The position numbers and the translations under genes were made by a program. From assembly GCA_045546715.1 (NCBI GenBank), contig JAZQDI010000015.1, forward strand, positions 1 to 56,413: a stretch of DNA of 56,413 nucleotides, in the 5' to 3' direction. The notes under the pieces were generated by a model. The model was given only the letters and a program-made list of their open reading frames with translations. It had not been told where the DNA came from and did not search any database. This document shows positions 35,980-46,076 of the stretch, in pieces. Position 1 is the stretch's first letter; each line of letters starts with the position of its first letter. Origin of the DNA: Oscillospiraceae bacterium (GTDB lineage: Bacteria > Bacillota > Clostridia > Oscillospirales > Oscillospiraceae).

Positions 35980-38481
35980 TTATTCTGCCATATCACGATA
36001 CAGGAACGTGACGATCTGTGCGCGGGTGCAGGGATTCGAGGGCGAGAACGTTGTTGCCGAGGTTCCTGCCGTGATCTCATTTTTCACCGCCCAGAGGACC
36101 GGCTGGTAGTAATACTGGTTTCTGTCCACATCCCGGAAGGGATTTGAGGTTCCGGCATTCGGCATGCCCTCCATGCGCCAGAGGAAGGTCACGGTCTGCG
36201 CACGGGTGACCGTATCGTTCGGGCTGAAGGTGGTATCGCTTGTACCGGCCGTGATTTCCTTCTCCGCCGCCCAGAGAACCGCTTTATAGAAGTAATCCGA
36301 TTTCTTTACGTCGAGAAACGGCATTTTCAAGGCGGAAGGCTCCGGCTGACCGTTCGCGCGCCAGAGGAATGTGACCATCTGCGCGCGGGTGCAGGACGTT
36401 TCGGGGCTGAATGTAACAGCTGTAGTGCCCGCCGTCACCTGCGGTGTGCGATTCACCGCCCACAGGACGGGCTCATAGTAATACTGGCCCTTTGACACGT
36501 CTCTGAAGGGATTGACCACCGGTGCAGGCGCAGCAGTGGGTACCGGCGTGGGCGTCGATGTCGGCGTCGGCGTGGGCGTCGGCGTTGGCTTCGGGGTGGG
36601 CGTCGGTTTCGGTGTGGGCGTCGGCGTTGGCTTCGGCGTGGGCGTCGGCGTTGGCTTCGGCGTGGGCATCGGCGTAGGCTTCGGCGTAGGCTTCGGCGTA
36701 GGCGTGGGCGTAGGCTTCGGTGTCGGAGCCGGGATGGTCTCGGTTTTCTGCGCACCGCACACCGTGCAGACAAAGGATTTGACGCCGTCGGTAGTCTTCC
36801 CTGCCGGGATAACGACTGTGCCGGAATCCCATGTATGCGTATGGGAATAGTGAATGGTTACCCCTTCAAAGTCAACGGCGTCGTCATTGGGAATGGCAGC
36901 CCACTGTTTCTGTGTTCCGGCATAGTAGACGTCCGTGACTCCGGTGTTCTTAATCGCGTGGTTATAAATGTTGCGAATACTGACAGGCAGATAGAGCGAT
37001 TTCATGCTTTTGTCGCCCCATGCCAGATTATAGGAGACATACTCGAATCCATCCGGAATCGCCAGCTTTTCCAGGGATGTGCAGCCGCTGAAGGCTGAGC
37101 CGCCGATCTCCGTCACAGTATCCGGTATGGTCACTTTCTTCAAATTGGTGCACTCAAAAAACGCCTCTCTGTCGAGCAGCTTCAGTCCGGTCGGGATATC
37201 GATTTGTTCGAGCGACGTGCAGTGTTCAAACGCTCTGGCCCCGATCGTTTCCAAGCCGTAAGGAAGATCGATTTCCTTGAGCGCCATGCAGTAAATAAAC
37301 GCGCTGTGGTCAATGGTTTTCAGTCCTTTGGGGAGAACGATTCGCTCAAGATTTTTGCATTCTCCAAGCGCGTAGTAACCCAGTTCTTTGACTCCCTCCG
37401 GAATCACAATTTCCTTCAGCAGCTCACACTTGCCAAAAGCGTTTTCTCCCAAAATCTCCAAACCTTCGGGAAGGATTACTTCATCCATGGATCGACAGCC
37501 TCTGAACGCGCTGTTGCCGATTTCCGTCACGCAGTCCGGAATGTCCAAAGAACGCAAGGCACTGCACGACGAAAACAGGCCTGCCGGAATCACTTTGGTC
37601 GTGCTCGGAACGTTCGCGCGCTCCACATGATTGCAGTCTGCGAATGCAAATTTGCCAAGCGTGGTAACAGACTCCGGAATCTTGATCTCCTTGAGATTAT
37701 AGTTATCCTGAAAAGCCTCTTCCCCGATCACTTTCAATCCGCTTGGAAGGTTAAGCTCAGTCATCGAATGACAATAAGCAAAAGCACCGTTTCCAATTTC
37801 TTCTAGTCCGGATGGGAAATCAAAGCCGTTCATCTGATCGCAGAAAACGAACATGCGGTTCGGTATTTGTTTCAGCCCGCTTGGCAGCTTGACAGATTTC
37901 AAGCCGCGGCAATAAGCGCAGACCTCTTCGCCAAGCGAAATATCCGTATCGGGGAAAACAATCTTCTGCAGACCGGAGCAATCACGAAATGCAGCATTTT
38001 CGATCCGAGTCACAGAGCTTGGAATCGTGACCTCCTGAAGACCTTTGCAGTACCAAAACGCATATTCCCCTATGGTTTTCAAGCTGGAAGGCAGCTTCAC
38101 CTCCGGCAGCGAAGAGCACCAGTCAAATGCATACGACCCGATTTGCGTGACTGTGTCCGGAATGGTAACGCTCGTTGCTTTCGTGCAGCCGTGAAACGCA
38201 TAATCGCCGATGCGCGTCACGCCGGGACGAATCACAATCGAGCGAAAGTCTGTGCGGTCATTCCAAAGTGACGTGACAGCGCCGCCGCCATTTGGGATCT
38301 CCTCACGATTCACCATCGGACCGGTGCCGCTGATGGTCAGCACACCGTCATCCGTCAGAACCCATGATACATTCTCGCCGCAGGAGCCGCTGTCTACAAT
38401 CTCTGCCGCGCCCGCGCCAAAGGGCAGCAGCGACAGGATCATGACCAACGCCAACAGCAGACTGAAGAACTGTTTTTTCAT
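35980..38481 (-). CDS. Cell-surface protein: BspA-type leucine-rich repeats + Pro/Thr linker + three C-terminal SLH domains
   Basis: It has a signal peptide and iterated IPxxVTxIGxxAFxxCxxLxxV units. The linker is (PTPKPTPT)n. Three SLH modules carry FRDV...YY..V.WA....ITAGTS..TFSP...TRAQ.VTFLWR. Confidence 0.85.
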   Translation of the reverse strand: MKKQFFSLLLALVMILSLLPFGAGAAEIVDSGSCGENVSWVLTDDGVLTISGTGPMVNREEIPNGGGAVTSLWNDRTDFRSIVIRPGVTRIGDYAFHGCTKATSVTIPDTVTQIGSYAFDWCSSLPEVKLPSSLKTIGEYAFWYCKGLQEVTIPSSVTRIENAAFRDCSGLQKIVFPDTDISLGEEVCAYCRGLKSVKLPSGLKQIPNRMFVFCDQMNGFDFPSGLEEIGNGAFAYCHSMTELNLPSGLKVIGEEAFQDNYNLKEIKIPESVTTLGKFAFADCNHVERANVPSTTKVIPAGLFSSCSALRSLDIPDCVTEIGNSAFRGCRSMDEVILPEGLEILGENAFGKCELLKEIVIPEGVKELGYYALGECKNLERIVLPKGLKTIDHSAFIYCMALKEIDLPYGLETIGARAFEHCTSLEQIDIPTGLKLLDREAFFECTNLKKVTIPDTVTEIGGSAFSGCTSLEKLAIPDGFEYVSYNLAWGDKSMKSLYLPVSIRNIYNHAIKNTGVTDVYYAGTQKQWAAIPNDDAVDFEGVTIHYSHTHTWDSGTVVIPAGKTTDGVKSFVCTVCGAQKTETIPAPTPKPTPTPTPKPTPKPTPMPTPKPTPTPTPKPTPTPTPKPTPTPKPTPTPTPTPTSTPTPVPTAAPAPVVNPFRDVSKGQYYYEPVLWAVNRTPQVTAGTTAVTFSPETSCTRAQMVTFLWRANGQPEPSALKMPFLDVKKSDYFYKAVLWAAEKEITAGTSDTTFSPNDTVTRAQTVTFLWRMEGMPNAGTSNPFRDVDRNQYYYQPVLWAVKNEITAGTSATTFSPSNPCTRAQIVTFLYRDMAE
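36520..36730. repeat. Pro/Thr/Lys-encoding tandem repeat tract inside the CDS
   Basis: Iterated ggcgtgggcgtcggcgttggcttc-type units. Confidence 0.8.
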
Positions 38482-38558
38482 ACCTCGTTCTCCTCTCACA
38501 GTGTTGTATCAATATTAGCATATCAATTCAGCTGAAACAAGTTCAGAAAAGAATCAAT

Positions 38559-38584
38559 CAGGCCGCCGGAAATCCGGCGGCCTG
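38559..38584 (-). terminator. GC hairpin terminator (copy 2)
   Basis: caggccgccgga-aa-tccggcggcctg downstream of the stop at 38600. Confidence 0.6.
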
Positions 38585-38599
38585 ACTGCATTGAATGAA

Positions 38600-40696
38600 T
38601 TATTTTGCCATATCACGGTACAGGAACGTGACAATCTGTGCGCGGGTGCAGGGATTCGAGGGCGAGAACGTGGTCGCGCTTGTGCCCTGAGTGATGCCCT
38701 GCTTCACCGCCCAGAGGACGGCGTCCGTGTAATACTGACCAGCGGGAACATCCGTGAAGGGATTCTTCGTGTCTGCCGCGGGCTTGCCCTCAGCGCGCCA
38801 GAGGAAGGTTACAGTCTGCGCACGCGTGACTGTATCGTTGGGGCTGAACGTCGTCTTGCTCGTGCCGGCGGTGATCTCCTTCTCCACTGCCCAAAGGACA
38901 GCTTTGTAGAAATAATCAGAGCTCTTCACATCTGTGAAAGGATTGGTCGTGATCGTCGGCTCCGGCTGACCGTTCGCGCGCCAGAGGAAGGTCACAATCT
39001 GGCCTCGGGTGCAGGGGTTATTGGGGCTGAAGGTATCCTTCGCCGTACCCGCCGTGATCTGCGGTTCGTGGTTCACTGCCCAGAGCACAGGCTCGGCATA
39101 ATACTGCTCCTTCGCCACATCCTTGAAGGGATTCTTCACCTCGGGCTTTGCCGTGGGCGCGGGCGCTGCAGTCGGCTTCGCCGTGGGTGCGGGCGTTGCG
39201 GTCGGCTTCGCCGTGGGCGCGGGCGTCGCGGTCGGCTTTGCCGTGGGCGCAGGCGTTGCGGTCGGCTTTACCGTGGGCGCGGGCGTCGCAGTCGGTGCGG
39301 GCGTCGCGGTCGGTGCAGGCGTCGCAGTCGGCGCGGGCGTCGCAGTCGGTGCGGGCGTCGCGGTCGGTGCGGGCGTCGCGGTCGGTGCGGGCGTAGGCTC
39401 CGGAGTTTCTTCCGGCTCAGTTTTGGCCGGGATTTCCACCTGACCAATCTTTCCGCATTCCGTACAAGCGCAGCGCTTCAGACCGGGCTCTGTATCTGTC
39501 GGCTCTACGAGCACAATGCCTTCATCCCAAGCATGCGTATGGAGGTAATGAACCTCCGTTTTCAAATCTCCTCCATTGCTGCGAAGCTCGACGCCGAGCG
39601 CCTCCCACTGCTCCTGTGTTCCGCCGAAATAAAGATCATCGGCGTTGCACGGCAGTCCCTGTCCCGGGTAAAATGCGAGTTGAGCAATGGTCTCTGCTCC
39701 AGCGGGAACATAAATGGTTTTGGGGTTCTCGGCGGTCTCCGTTGCACTCAGCACGGTTCCGATTTCTTTTGTGTTTTCAGAAAAAGCAAGGCTCTTAAGA
39801 TTCAGGGACATACTGAATGCATTGTCTTTCACAGCCTCTACGGAATCCGCCATTTCGATTGTATCAAGCTGGCAGAAAGCAAAGGCAAACGTTCCAATCG
39901 TGCGAACGCTGTCTTCAATGACAATCGTTTTGCAGTCAGACCACGGGCGCTTACTGTTCCATGCGAAATCCATCATATCGCCGGAGCCGCTGAAGGTACA
40001 AGTGGAGCCATCTTCACTGATTGTCCAGACAACATTATCGCCCTCCGCGCCGCAGAAGCCGCTTGTTTCCGGCTCTTCGGGATCGGGAGTCGTTGTGTTA
40101 AAACGAATATCCGCATTCAGCAGCGGCTCATTGCCCTCGTCAATCGAAATGCTCTTCCACTGCTCCTGCGTACCGGCATAATAAACCGTTTTCAGAGCAT
40201 TGCAGCCCTTGAACGCATCTTTCTCCACCGTCTCCAGGCTTACGGGCAGGATCACATATGCCAGATGCTCCGCTTCGAGAAACGCTTCCGACTCGATCTT
40301 GGTCACCTTTCCGGGAATCTCGACCGACTCCAGTCCAGACCACTGGAACGTGTACTGCTCAATCACGGTGATGTCTTTCGGCAGCTGCACACTCTTCATA
40401 TTTCTGCAGTCATGAAATGCGCCGAATCTGATCGCTGTGACGCTGTCAGGGATCACCACGCTGGTCAACCCGCCGGACCACTGGAACGCCCAGCCGCCCA
40501 GCTCTGTAACCGGATAGCCCTCGATGGTTTCGGGAATGACCAGATCGCCGGTCGCCTTATCCGTGTAGGTCAGAATGACATGTCCGTCCACGATCTCATA
40601 GGGATACGGGTAGGGATCGTCCGCAAGAGCGCCGAACGGCAGGAGCGTAAGCACCATGCACAGCACCAGTGCCAGACTGAATACTCGTTTTCTCAT
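38600..40696 (-). CDS. Paralogous LRR + Pro/Thr/Ala linker + three SLH domains surface protein
   Basis: Same architecture as 35980..38481. The last ~70 nt of the two genes are nearly identical at the DNA level. Confidence 0.85.
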   Translation of the reverse strand: MRKRVFSLALVLCMVLTLLPFGALADDPYPYPYEIVDGHVILTYTDKATGDLVIPETIEGYPVTELGGWAFQWSGGLTSVVIPDSVTAIRFGAFHDCRNMKSVQLPKDITVIEQYTFQWSGLESVEIPGKVTKIESEAFLEAEHLAYVILPVSLETVEKDAFKGCNALKTVYYAGTQEQWKSISIDEGNEPLLNADIRFNTTTPDPEEPETSGFCGAEGDNVVWTISEDGSTCTFSGSGDMMDFAWNSKRPWSDCKTIVIEDSVRTIGTFAFAFCQLDTIEMADSVEAVKDNAFSMSLNLKSLAFSENTKEIGTVLSATETAENPKTIYVPAGAETIAQLAFYPGQGLPCNADDLYFGGTQEQWEALGVELRSNGGDLKTEVHYLHTHAWDEGIVLVEPTDTEPGLKRCACTECGKIGQVEIPAKTEPEETPEPTPAPTATPAPTATPAPTATPAPTATPAPTATPAPTATPAPTVKPTATPAPTAKPTATPAPTAKPTATPAPTAKPTAAPAPTAKPEVKNPFKDVAKEQYYAEPVLWAVNHEPQITAGTAKDTFSPNNPCTRGQIVTFLWRANGQPEPTITTNPFTDVKSSDYFYKAVLWAVEKEITAGTSKTTFSPNDTVTRAQTVTFLWRAEGKPAADTKNPFTDVPAGQYYTDAVLWAVKQGITQGTSATTFSPSNPCTRAQIVTFLYRDMAK
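39151..39386. repeat. Coding VNTR: about 4 copies of a 30-nt unit followed by about 6 copies of an 18-nt unit
   Basis: The 30-nt unit ccgtgggcgcgggcgYYgcRgtcggcttYg begins at 39151, 39181, 39211 and 39241. 18-nt gcgggcgtcgcRgtcggt units run from 39279 to 39386. They encode KPTATPAPTA and PAPTAT repeats. Confidence 0.9.
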
Positions 40697-40800
40697 TTGG
40701 ATCTCCTTCCTAATCTTTCTTGCTTGCTTACTTCCGTGCGCAAACATGATAATATGCTATCACAGAGAACATGAGATTACAAGCACCGAATGATAAAACA

Positions 40801-40822
40801 TGCCGCCGGAAATCCGGCGGCA
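40801..40822 (-). terminator. GC hairpin terminator (copy 3)
   Basis: tgccgccgga-aa-tccggcggca downstream of the stop at 40831. Confidence 0.55.
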
Positions 40823-40830
40823 CATAATCA

Positions 40831-41835
40831 TTATTTTTCCAGTACGCTGGCAAAATCATATAACAGTGTTTTGGGTGAATGCCAAGAAGACGAATTGTTA
40901 TGTCCCTGCACGAAGTCAATATTAAAAGATCCGTCTGCGTTGATAATTGCAGTATAATAGAAGGAAACGCTGTCAGATGCGTCTGCTAAGTAGACATTCA
41001 GCTTCTTCCCGTTCAGTTCCGGAGAAGTCGTTCCCTTGATGTGAACATTCACGAGATACGGATCATAATCAACTCCATTCCATGCTTTCGGATCAGAAGC
41101 GCTGTGTTTTTCGATCAGCTCATAATAGATTTCGCTGTAATGCGCTGTGTATTTCTGTCCGTTATAGGTGAGCGGAGCATCGAATTCACCGATCGGGTTT
41201 TCAAGATAGAACTTGGTTCCGACTTCGTAGTCCTCAAAAGTCTTGTCTGAAACCTGTTCCGGCCGAACCACGCCGGCATTGATGGTCTTTCCGTCAGAAA
41301 GCGTCAAAATCAGGTTTCCGCTGTCATCGATCTTCGCATCAGACACAGAGATACCATCCTTACCATCTTTGCCGTCCTTGCCGCTCATCGGCACTGCCGC
41401 AGAAGTCACGAGAACGGCGCGGTTGGCAGCGTCCCACTCAACCTTCGCACCGAAAGCCTCCAGCACCGCACGAATCGGCAGATAGGTTCTGGAGTCCTTG
41501 ATCACTGCAGACGTATCAATCGCCTGACTCATGCCATTTACGCGAATATACTTCTGCCCAATCGTGACCGTGACGGTGACACCGTCCTTCACGACGTAGG
41601 CCGTGCGGGTATTCTGATCCCACTGGACCATGCAGCCATAGGTTTCCATGACAATCCGCAGAGGAACCAGTGTTCTGGAGTTTTCATCAATGAACGGAAT
41701 CCCGTCACTGGCGGTAAACTTTACCGGCGTTCTGTCGATCAAAACGGATACATCTGTTTTCGCGGCCGCCGCTATATTCGCAAGCGTAAACGCGAGAACT
41801 AGTACCAAGACCAAACTGATGACTCTTTTTCTCAT
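40831..41835 (-). CDS. Secreted protein with copper-amine-oxidase N-terminal (stalk) domain, short collagen-like GKD triplets and an unknown C-domain
   Basis: It has a signal peptide. The Cu_amine_oxidN1 pattern is IPFIDENSRTLVPLRIVMETYGCMVQWD...TYLPIRAVLEAFGAKVEWD. GKDGKDGKDG is encoded at 41353..41382. Confidence 0.65.
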   Translation of the reverse strand: MRKRVISLVLVLVLAFTLANIAAAAKTDVSVLIDRTPVKFTASDGIPFIDENSRTLVPLRIVMETYGCMVQWDQNTRTAYVVKDGVTVTVTIGQKYIRVNGMSQAIDTSAVIKDSRTYLPIRAVLEAFGAKVEWDAANRAVLVTSAAVPMSGKDGKDGKDGISVSDAKIDDSGNLILTLSDGKTINAGVVRPEQVSDKTFEDYEVGTKFYLENPIGEFDAPLTYNGQKYTAHYSEIYYELIEKHSASDPKAWNGVDYDPYLVNVHIKGTTSPELNGKKLNVYLADASDSVSFYYTAIINADGSFNIDFVQGHNNSSSWHSPKTLLYDFASVLEK

Positions 41836-41944
41836 TTGTTTCTCCTCTCTTTAAAACCGGATTTTTCACGAAACGCCTATACAAAAATGCGCCGTTGTGT
41901 TCATTATATCATGTCAAAACAGCAGATACAAGGAGGCAATACAG

Positions 41945-41986
41945 AAAAGCGGTATGTCACAACTGGCATGACATACCGCTTTTTTC
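41945..41986. terminator. Bidirectional terminator downstream of yebC
   Basis: aaaagcggtatgtca-loop-tgacataccgctttttt. Confidence 0.75.
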
Positions 41987-42023
41987 TTGCTTATAAACCG
42001 TTGATTTTCAATGGGTTCCGGGC

Positions 42024-42761
42024 TTACTCGTCCTCTTCCCAGTTGTGCCAGACGTTTTGGACATCGTCGTTATCCTCAAACATATCCAGCATCTTGCGGA
42101 GGTTCTTCACATCGTCCTCGCCGGTGACGGAGACGGTGTTCTGCGGGACCATCTCAGCCTGGGCGGAGAGCAGCTCATAGCCCTTGCCGGTGAGATATTC
42201 GGCGACCTCGGCAACAGCGTCGGGCGCTGTATAGATCGTGAAGATCTCCTCCTCGGTGACGAGATCGTCCGCGCCGGCCTCCATGGCGGCCTCCATGACG
42301 GTATCCTCATCCAGATCGCCGTCCTCGTTGTTCACGACGATGACGCCCTTCTTGTCAAAGGACCAGGAGACGCAGCCGGTGGCGCCGAGGTTTCCGCCGT
42401 ACTTATCGAAATAATGACGAACCTCGGAAGCAGTGCGGTTGCGGTTATCGGTCATGGTCTCAACAATGATGGCGACGCCGCAGGGACCATAGCCCTCATA
42501 GGTCATGGACTCAAAGTTATCGGTGTTGCCGGAGCCGAGCGCCTTATCGATGGTGCGCTTGATGTTGTCATTGGGCATGTTCGCCGCCTTGGCCTTGGCA
42601 ATGACGGCCGCGAGGCGGGAATTGTTCGCAGGGTCGCCGCTGCCGCCTTCCTTGACGGCCACGATCATCTCACGGGCGATCTTGGTGAAGGCCTGCGCAC
42701 GCTTGGCGTCCTGCGCGCCCTTGGTTTTCTGTATGTTATGCCACTTGGAATGTCCGGACAT
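42024..42761 (-). CDS. yebC: YebC/PmpR family DNA-binding transcriptional regulator
   Basis: MSGHSKWHNIQKTKGAQDAKR... is the canonical N-terminus. 245 aa. Confidence 0.92.
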   Translation of the reverse strand: MSGHSKWHNIQKTKGAQDAKRAQAFTKIAREMIVAVKEGGSGDPANNSRLAAVIAKAKAANMPNDNIKRTIDKALGSGNTDNFESMTYEGYGPCGVAIIVETMTDNRNRTASEVRHYFDKYGGNLGATGCVSWSFDKKGVIVVNNEDGDLDEDTVMEAAMEAGADDLVTEEEIFTIYTAPDAVAEVAEYLTGKGYELLSAQAEMVPQNTVSVTGEDDVKNLRKMLDMFEDNDDVQNVWHNWEEDE

Positions 42762-42838
42762 GGGATACAACTCCTTAGTCAAATTTTGCCCATATATTTT
42801 AGCATAAAACGACAATGATAGCAAGAGGGAAAAACAAC

Positions 42839-42876
42839 ATCACAAGGCCTGACGCAAATGCGTCAGGCCTTGTGAT
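42839..42876 (-). terminator. Hairpin terminator downstream of the SLH-YD gene
   Basis: atcacaaggcctgacgc-aaat-gcgtcaggccttgtgat. Confidence 0.7.
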
Positions 42877-42885
42877 TCTAATGAC

Positions 42886-44232
42886 TCAAAACCGGGTCTC
42901 ATGCGTCCCCTCCCAGGCAGCGGGCAGGAGATTGTTTTTCAGCGTTGTGTAGGTATAATCCACGGTGATCGTCTCGGTCGTGGTCTCACCATCAGCATTG
43001 GTGCGCGTGACGGTGCTCTGGGACTGCGAAATCAGGCTGCGGTCATAGGTGTAGGTCGTCTTCACTTCCACGGAAGTGCCGTCGGAATTGTTCGTGATCT
43101 CAGTGGCGAGATTGCCCTGATCATCATAGGTATAACGGGTATCACTCCACGAAAGCTTGCCATCGGTCCAGGTTTCCACACGGTGGAAATCCAGCTTTCC
43201 GGCGAGGTCATAGGCGTTGATCTCACGGGAGAGCAGCGTCTCGCCGGCGTAATCCTCTGCCTGCAGGAGCTCGCCCTTGGCGTTGTAGGAATTCGTGACG
43301 GTGTGGTTTTTCGTCTCGTCTGTGAAGAGATATTCCTTCGTGACGACGTTGCCCTTGGCGTCCGTCGTAAGCTTCACGGTGAAATCCGCGTGCTTCTCGG
43401 ACGTGACTTTGCCGGCAGCATCATAGGTATAGCTCACGGTCTCGCCATCAGACCGCTTGCAGGTGAGCGTGCGGCCGTCAGCGTCAAAGGTCCGCTCTTC
43501 CCAGGACTTGCCGTCCAGATCGGTGGTGCGGGTGTTATTGCCATGAGCATCATAGGTGTAAATCTCACCGACGACCTTGTCGCCGGACTTTTCTTCGCGG
43601 CGGGTCAGCAGACTGGTCTTCTGATCTTCAAGCGCACGGAACAGGAACGTGACAATCTGCGCGCGGGTGCAGGGTTCATCCGGGCTGAAATGCGTATCAT
43701 CCGTACCGGCGGTGACGTTTTTGTCGTAAGCCCAGAGGACGGCATTGTAATAGAAAGCGTTGGGATCCTTCACATCCGCGAACGGAGAGGTCGTCACGCC
43801 CGAAGCGGGCTGTCCGAGCGTGCGATAAAGAAACGTCGCCACCTGCGCGCGGGTGCAGGGCAGATCCGGGCTGAAATGTGTCTCGTCCGTGCCCTTGGTG
43901 ATGGCTTTATCATAAGCCCAGACCGCAGAGTTATAGTAATATTCCGTGGTGGGCACATCGCGGAAGGGATTGGTGATGTACATCTTCGCCGCCCCCATGG
44001 CACGCCACAGGAACGTGACAACCTGCGCGCGGGTGCAGATTTCATCAGGACCGAAGGTGGTAGGCGTGGTGCCCTTCGTAATTACGGGGTCATGCTCCAC
44101 GGCCCACTTGACCGGTTCGGCGTAATACGCTCCGGACGCGACATCGGTGAAGTCCGCCGCCATCGCGCTCAGCGGAAACAAAGAGAGCGCAAGACACAGA
44201 ACAATCAGCAGGCTGATCAGCTTTTTACTCAT
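42886..44232 (-). CDS. N-terminal triple-SLH protein with C-terminal YD/RHS-type repeats
   Basis: It has a signal peptide and three SLH modules (FTDV/FRDV/FADV ... TRAQVVTFL). YD-like repeats follow: YTYDAHGNNTRTTD, YTYDAAGKVTSEK, YTYDDQGNL, YTYD. Confidence 0.75.
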   Translation of the reverse strand: MSKKLISLLIVLCLALSLFPLSAMAADFTDVASGAYYAEPVKWAVEHDPVITKGTTPTTFGPDEICTRAQVVTFLWRAMGAAKMYITNPFRDVPTTEYYYNSAVWAYDKAITKGTDETHFSPDLPCTRAQVATFLYRTLGQPASGVTTSPFADVKDPNAFYYNAVLWAYDKNVTAGTDDTHFSPDEPCTRAQIVTFLFRALEDQKTSLLTRREEKSGDKVVGEIYTYDAHGNNTRTTDLDGKSWEERTFDADGRTLTCKRSDGETVSYTYDAAGKVTSEKHADFTVKLTTDAKGNVVTKEYLFTDETKNHTVTNSYNAKGELLQAEDYAGETLLSREINAYDLAGKLDFHRVETWTDGKLSWSDTRYTYDDQGNLATEITNNSDGTSVEVKTTYTYDRSLISQSQSTVTRTNADGETTTETITVDYTYTTLKNNLLPAAWEGTHETRF

Positions 44233-44306
44233 GAACTTTTCTCCTCTCGGTACCTTTGCGGTACACAAATCTTTATTAGTATATCATATCATCAGATTGG
44301 ATGCAA

Positions 44307-46076
44307 TCATTCTCCAAAAAGGGACGCAAGCACTTCCGGCGCCGCCATGTTCCGCAGCCCTTCCGGGTCGGAGAGCGTCTCACCGTTCCAGGAGAACACG
44401 CCCTTGACAGAGAGATACAGTCCCGGGCTCTGAAGCGTAGGAACATAGCGCGCATACCAGGCGGGATAATACGCCGAGAGATACCGCTCAATCAGACGAT
44501 ATGCCTCGCAGCTTTCGCTCTCGCCGATGGCGCCGAGCTGTGCGCCGCCGCCCTTTTGCCCGGTTCGGCTGGGGCTTGGCGTGGAATGAAGGATGACGAG
44601 ACTGCCATCGCCGCAGCGCCCGACGCAAATCCAGACATGTCCGCCGATGCTCACGACGTCGCCGGGACGAAGCGCGGCGGTATCGTAGGAAAGCGAACCA
44701 AGGCCGCGGTGGGCAAAGTCCTCCGCCTGCGCAGAGGCGGAGCCGACAAAGCCAGCGCCCAGATCCGCAGTATTCAGCGTGCGGTAGACCGCCCAGCCGA
44801 CGTAGCCTGAGCAATCAAGCCCGGCAAAATAATAAGCGTTCCAGCCATGAAAGGGATAGAAGCTCGCGGCGGGATCGGTGTTTTTATAGTTGTATTCCGC
44901 TGTCTGGCCTTGGAAAAAGCGGTTCCAGCTCTCCGGCAGAGCGACAGATCGGGTTTGATCGGAGGCGGCATTGTCCTGCCAGTTCCAGCCGCCGCCATAG
45001 ACATAGAGCGCATTGCCCACAGGCATGAGGGCGTTTGCCAGGAAGTTTCGGATCGTGCGCAGCCCGGGCTCACCGGAGACGGGAACGCTCGCATCCGGCT
45101 GCGGCTGGAGACGATAGATGAAATCTCCGTCTATCGCTGCACGGTCGCCTTCCTGCGCCGCAGCAGGAGCTGCCGCGGTATGCCCGGCCTCCAGCGCGAC
45201 AGCATAGCATTGCTTGCCTGGGAGGTCTGCATCCTTCAGCGTGACAATCTCCGCGTCGAGCAGATGCGTCAGCACGCCGCTTTCCCGGTGCAGACGATAG
45301 GCCTCGCCTTCCTCCAGATGGTTCTGGAAAGCGTAGGTGCCGTCATCCGGCGCCATGGTGCAGGTCCAGGTCTCTCCTCGGGAGAAAAAGCGGTAGCGGA
45401 AGGAATCCAGATTGCTCCGATCAGCAGCATCTGTTCCATAGCCCTCCACGCCGAGATACACAGCCGTTTCAAAGAAGTCCGCAGTGCGGTGCTCCGCGCG
45501 ATACAGCATCGTGACGATATGCGCGCGGGTAAAGCTTCCGAAGGGGGCGTACCGTCCGGCCAAAACACCATTGACCACGCCTTCTCCGTATGCCCAGCAG
45601 AGTGCGGCGCGATACCACGCGTCCGCCGGGACATCCTTGAACGGAAGCCAGGAACAGACCTCTTCCCCACCGTAGAACTTATAAAGGAAGGCTGCTCCCT
45701 CTGCTCTGGTGCATACCCGATCGGGCTCAAAGGTCTGCGGCGTGACGCCATTGGTCACGCCCTCTGCCACGGCCCATCGCACAGCAGGATAAAACCAATC
45801 GGACTCCGACACATCCTGAAAGTCAACTGCACCATCTGCCTCCGGTCGACCGGAGAGCTTCCAGAGAAAGGCCACAATCTGCGCACGTGTGCACGGCGCG
45901 TCCGGTGCAAACTCGGTCTCGGACATGCCGTCCGTCACCCGGTTTTCTACCGCCCAGGATACCGCATCGGCATAATATGCGTGATCGGGCACATCGGAAA
46001 ACACGGCGCGGGCGGACAGCGGCACGGCGCAAAGCAGCGCAGCGGCAAGCGCAAGGGCGAAAAAGCGACGGTTCAT
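44307..46076 (-). CDS. N-terminal triple-SLH protein with C-terminal NlpC/P60 cysteine peptidase domain
   Basis: It has a signal peptide and SLH modules. The catalytic segment is GLDCSGYVGWAVY with a downstream GHVWICVG His. Confidence 0.8.
   Translation of the reverse strand: MNRRFFALALAAALLCAVPLSARAVFSDVPDHAYYADAVSWAVENRVTDGMSETEFAPDAPCTRAQIVAFLWKLSGRPEADGAVDFQDVSESDWFYPAVRWAVAEGVTNGVTPQTFEPDRVCTRAEGAAFLYKFYGGEEVCSWLPFKDVPADAWYRAALCWAYGEGVVNGVLAGRYAPFGSFTRAHIVTMLYRAEHRTADFFETAVYLGVEGYGTDAADRSNLDSFRYRFFSRGETWTCTMAPDDGTYAFQNHLEEGEAYRLHRESGVLTHLLDAEIVTLKDADLPGKQCYAVALEAGHTAAAPAAAQEGDRAAIDGDFIYRLQPQPDASVPVSGEPGLRTIRNFLANALMPVGNALYVYGGGWNWQDNAASDQTRSVALPESWNRFFQGQTAEYNYKNTDPAASFYPFHGWNAYYFAGLDCSGYVGWAVYRTLNTADLGAGFVGSASAQAEDFAHRGLGSLSYDTAALRPGDVVSIGGHVWICVGRCGDGSLVILHSTPSPSRTGQKGGGAQLGAIGESESCEAYRLIERYLSAYYPAWYARYVPTLQSPGLYLSVKGVFSWNGETLSDPEGLRNMAAPEVLASLFGE

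Noticed and set aside
36520-39400. Regularly spaced short repeats that might be taken for a CRISPR array.
   Set aside because: The repeats are contiguous tandem units without spacers. They lie inside ORFs and encode Pro/Thr/Ala linkers. No cas genes are present.
38591-40774. A 727-aa plus-strand ORF, with similar long antisense ORFs at 15364..16992, 16989..18572, 19217..20584, 29369..30742, 42901..44433, 44847..46106 and 54898..56340 (minus).
   Set aside because: All lie opposite strongly supported genes in GC-rich DNA. They are Arg/Gly/His-rich with no domain signatures, as is typical of spurious shadow ORFs.
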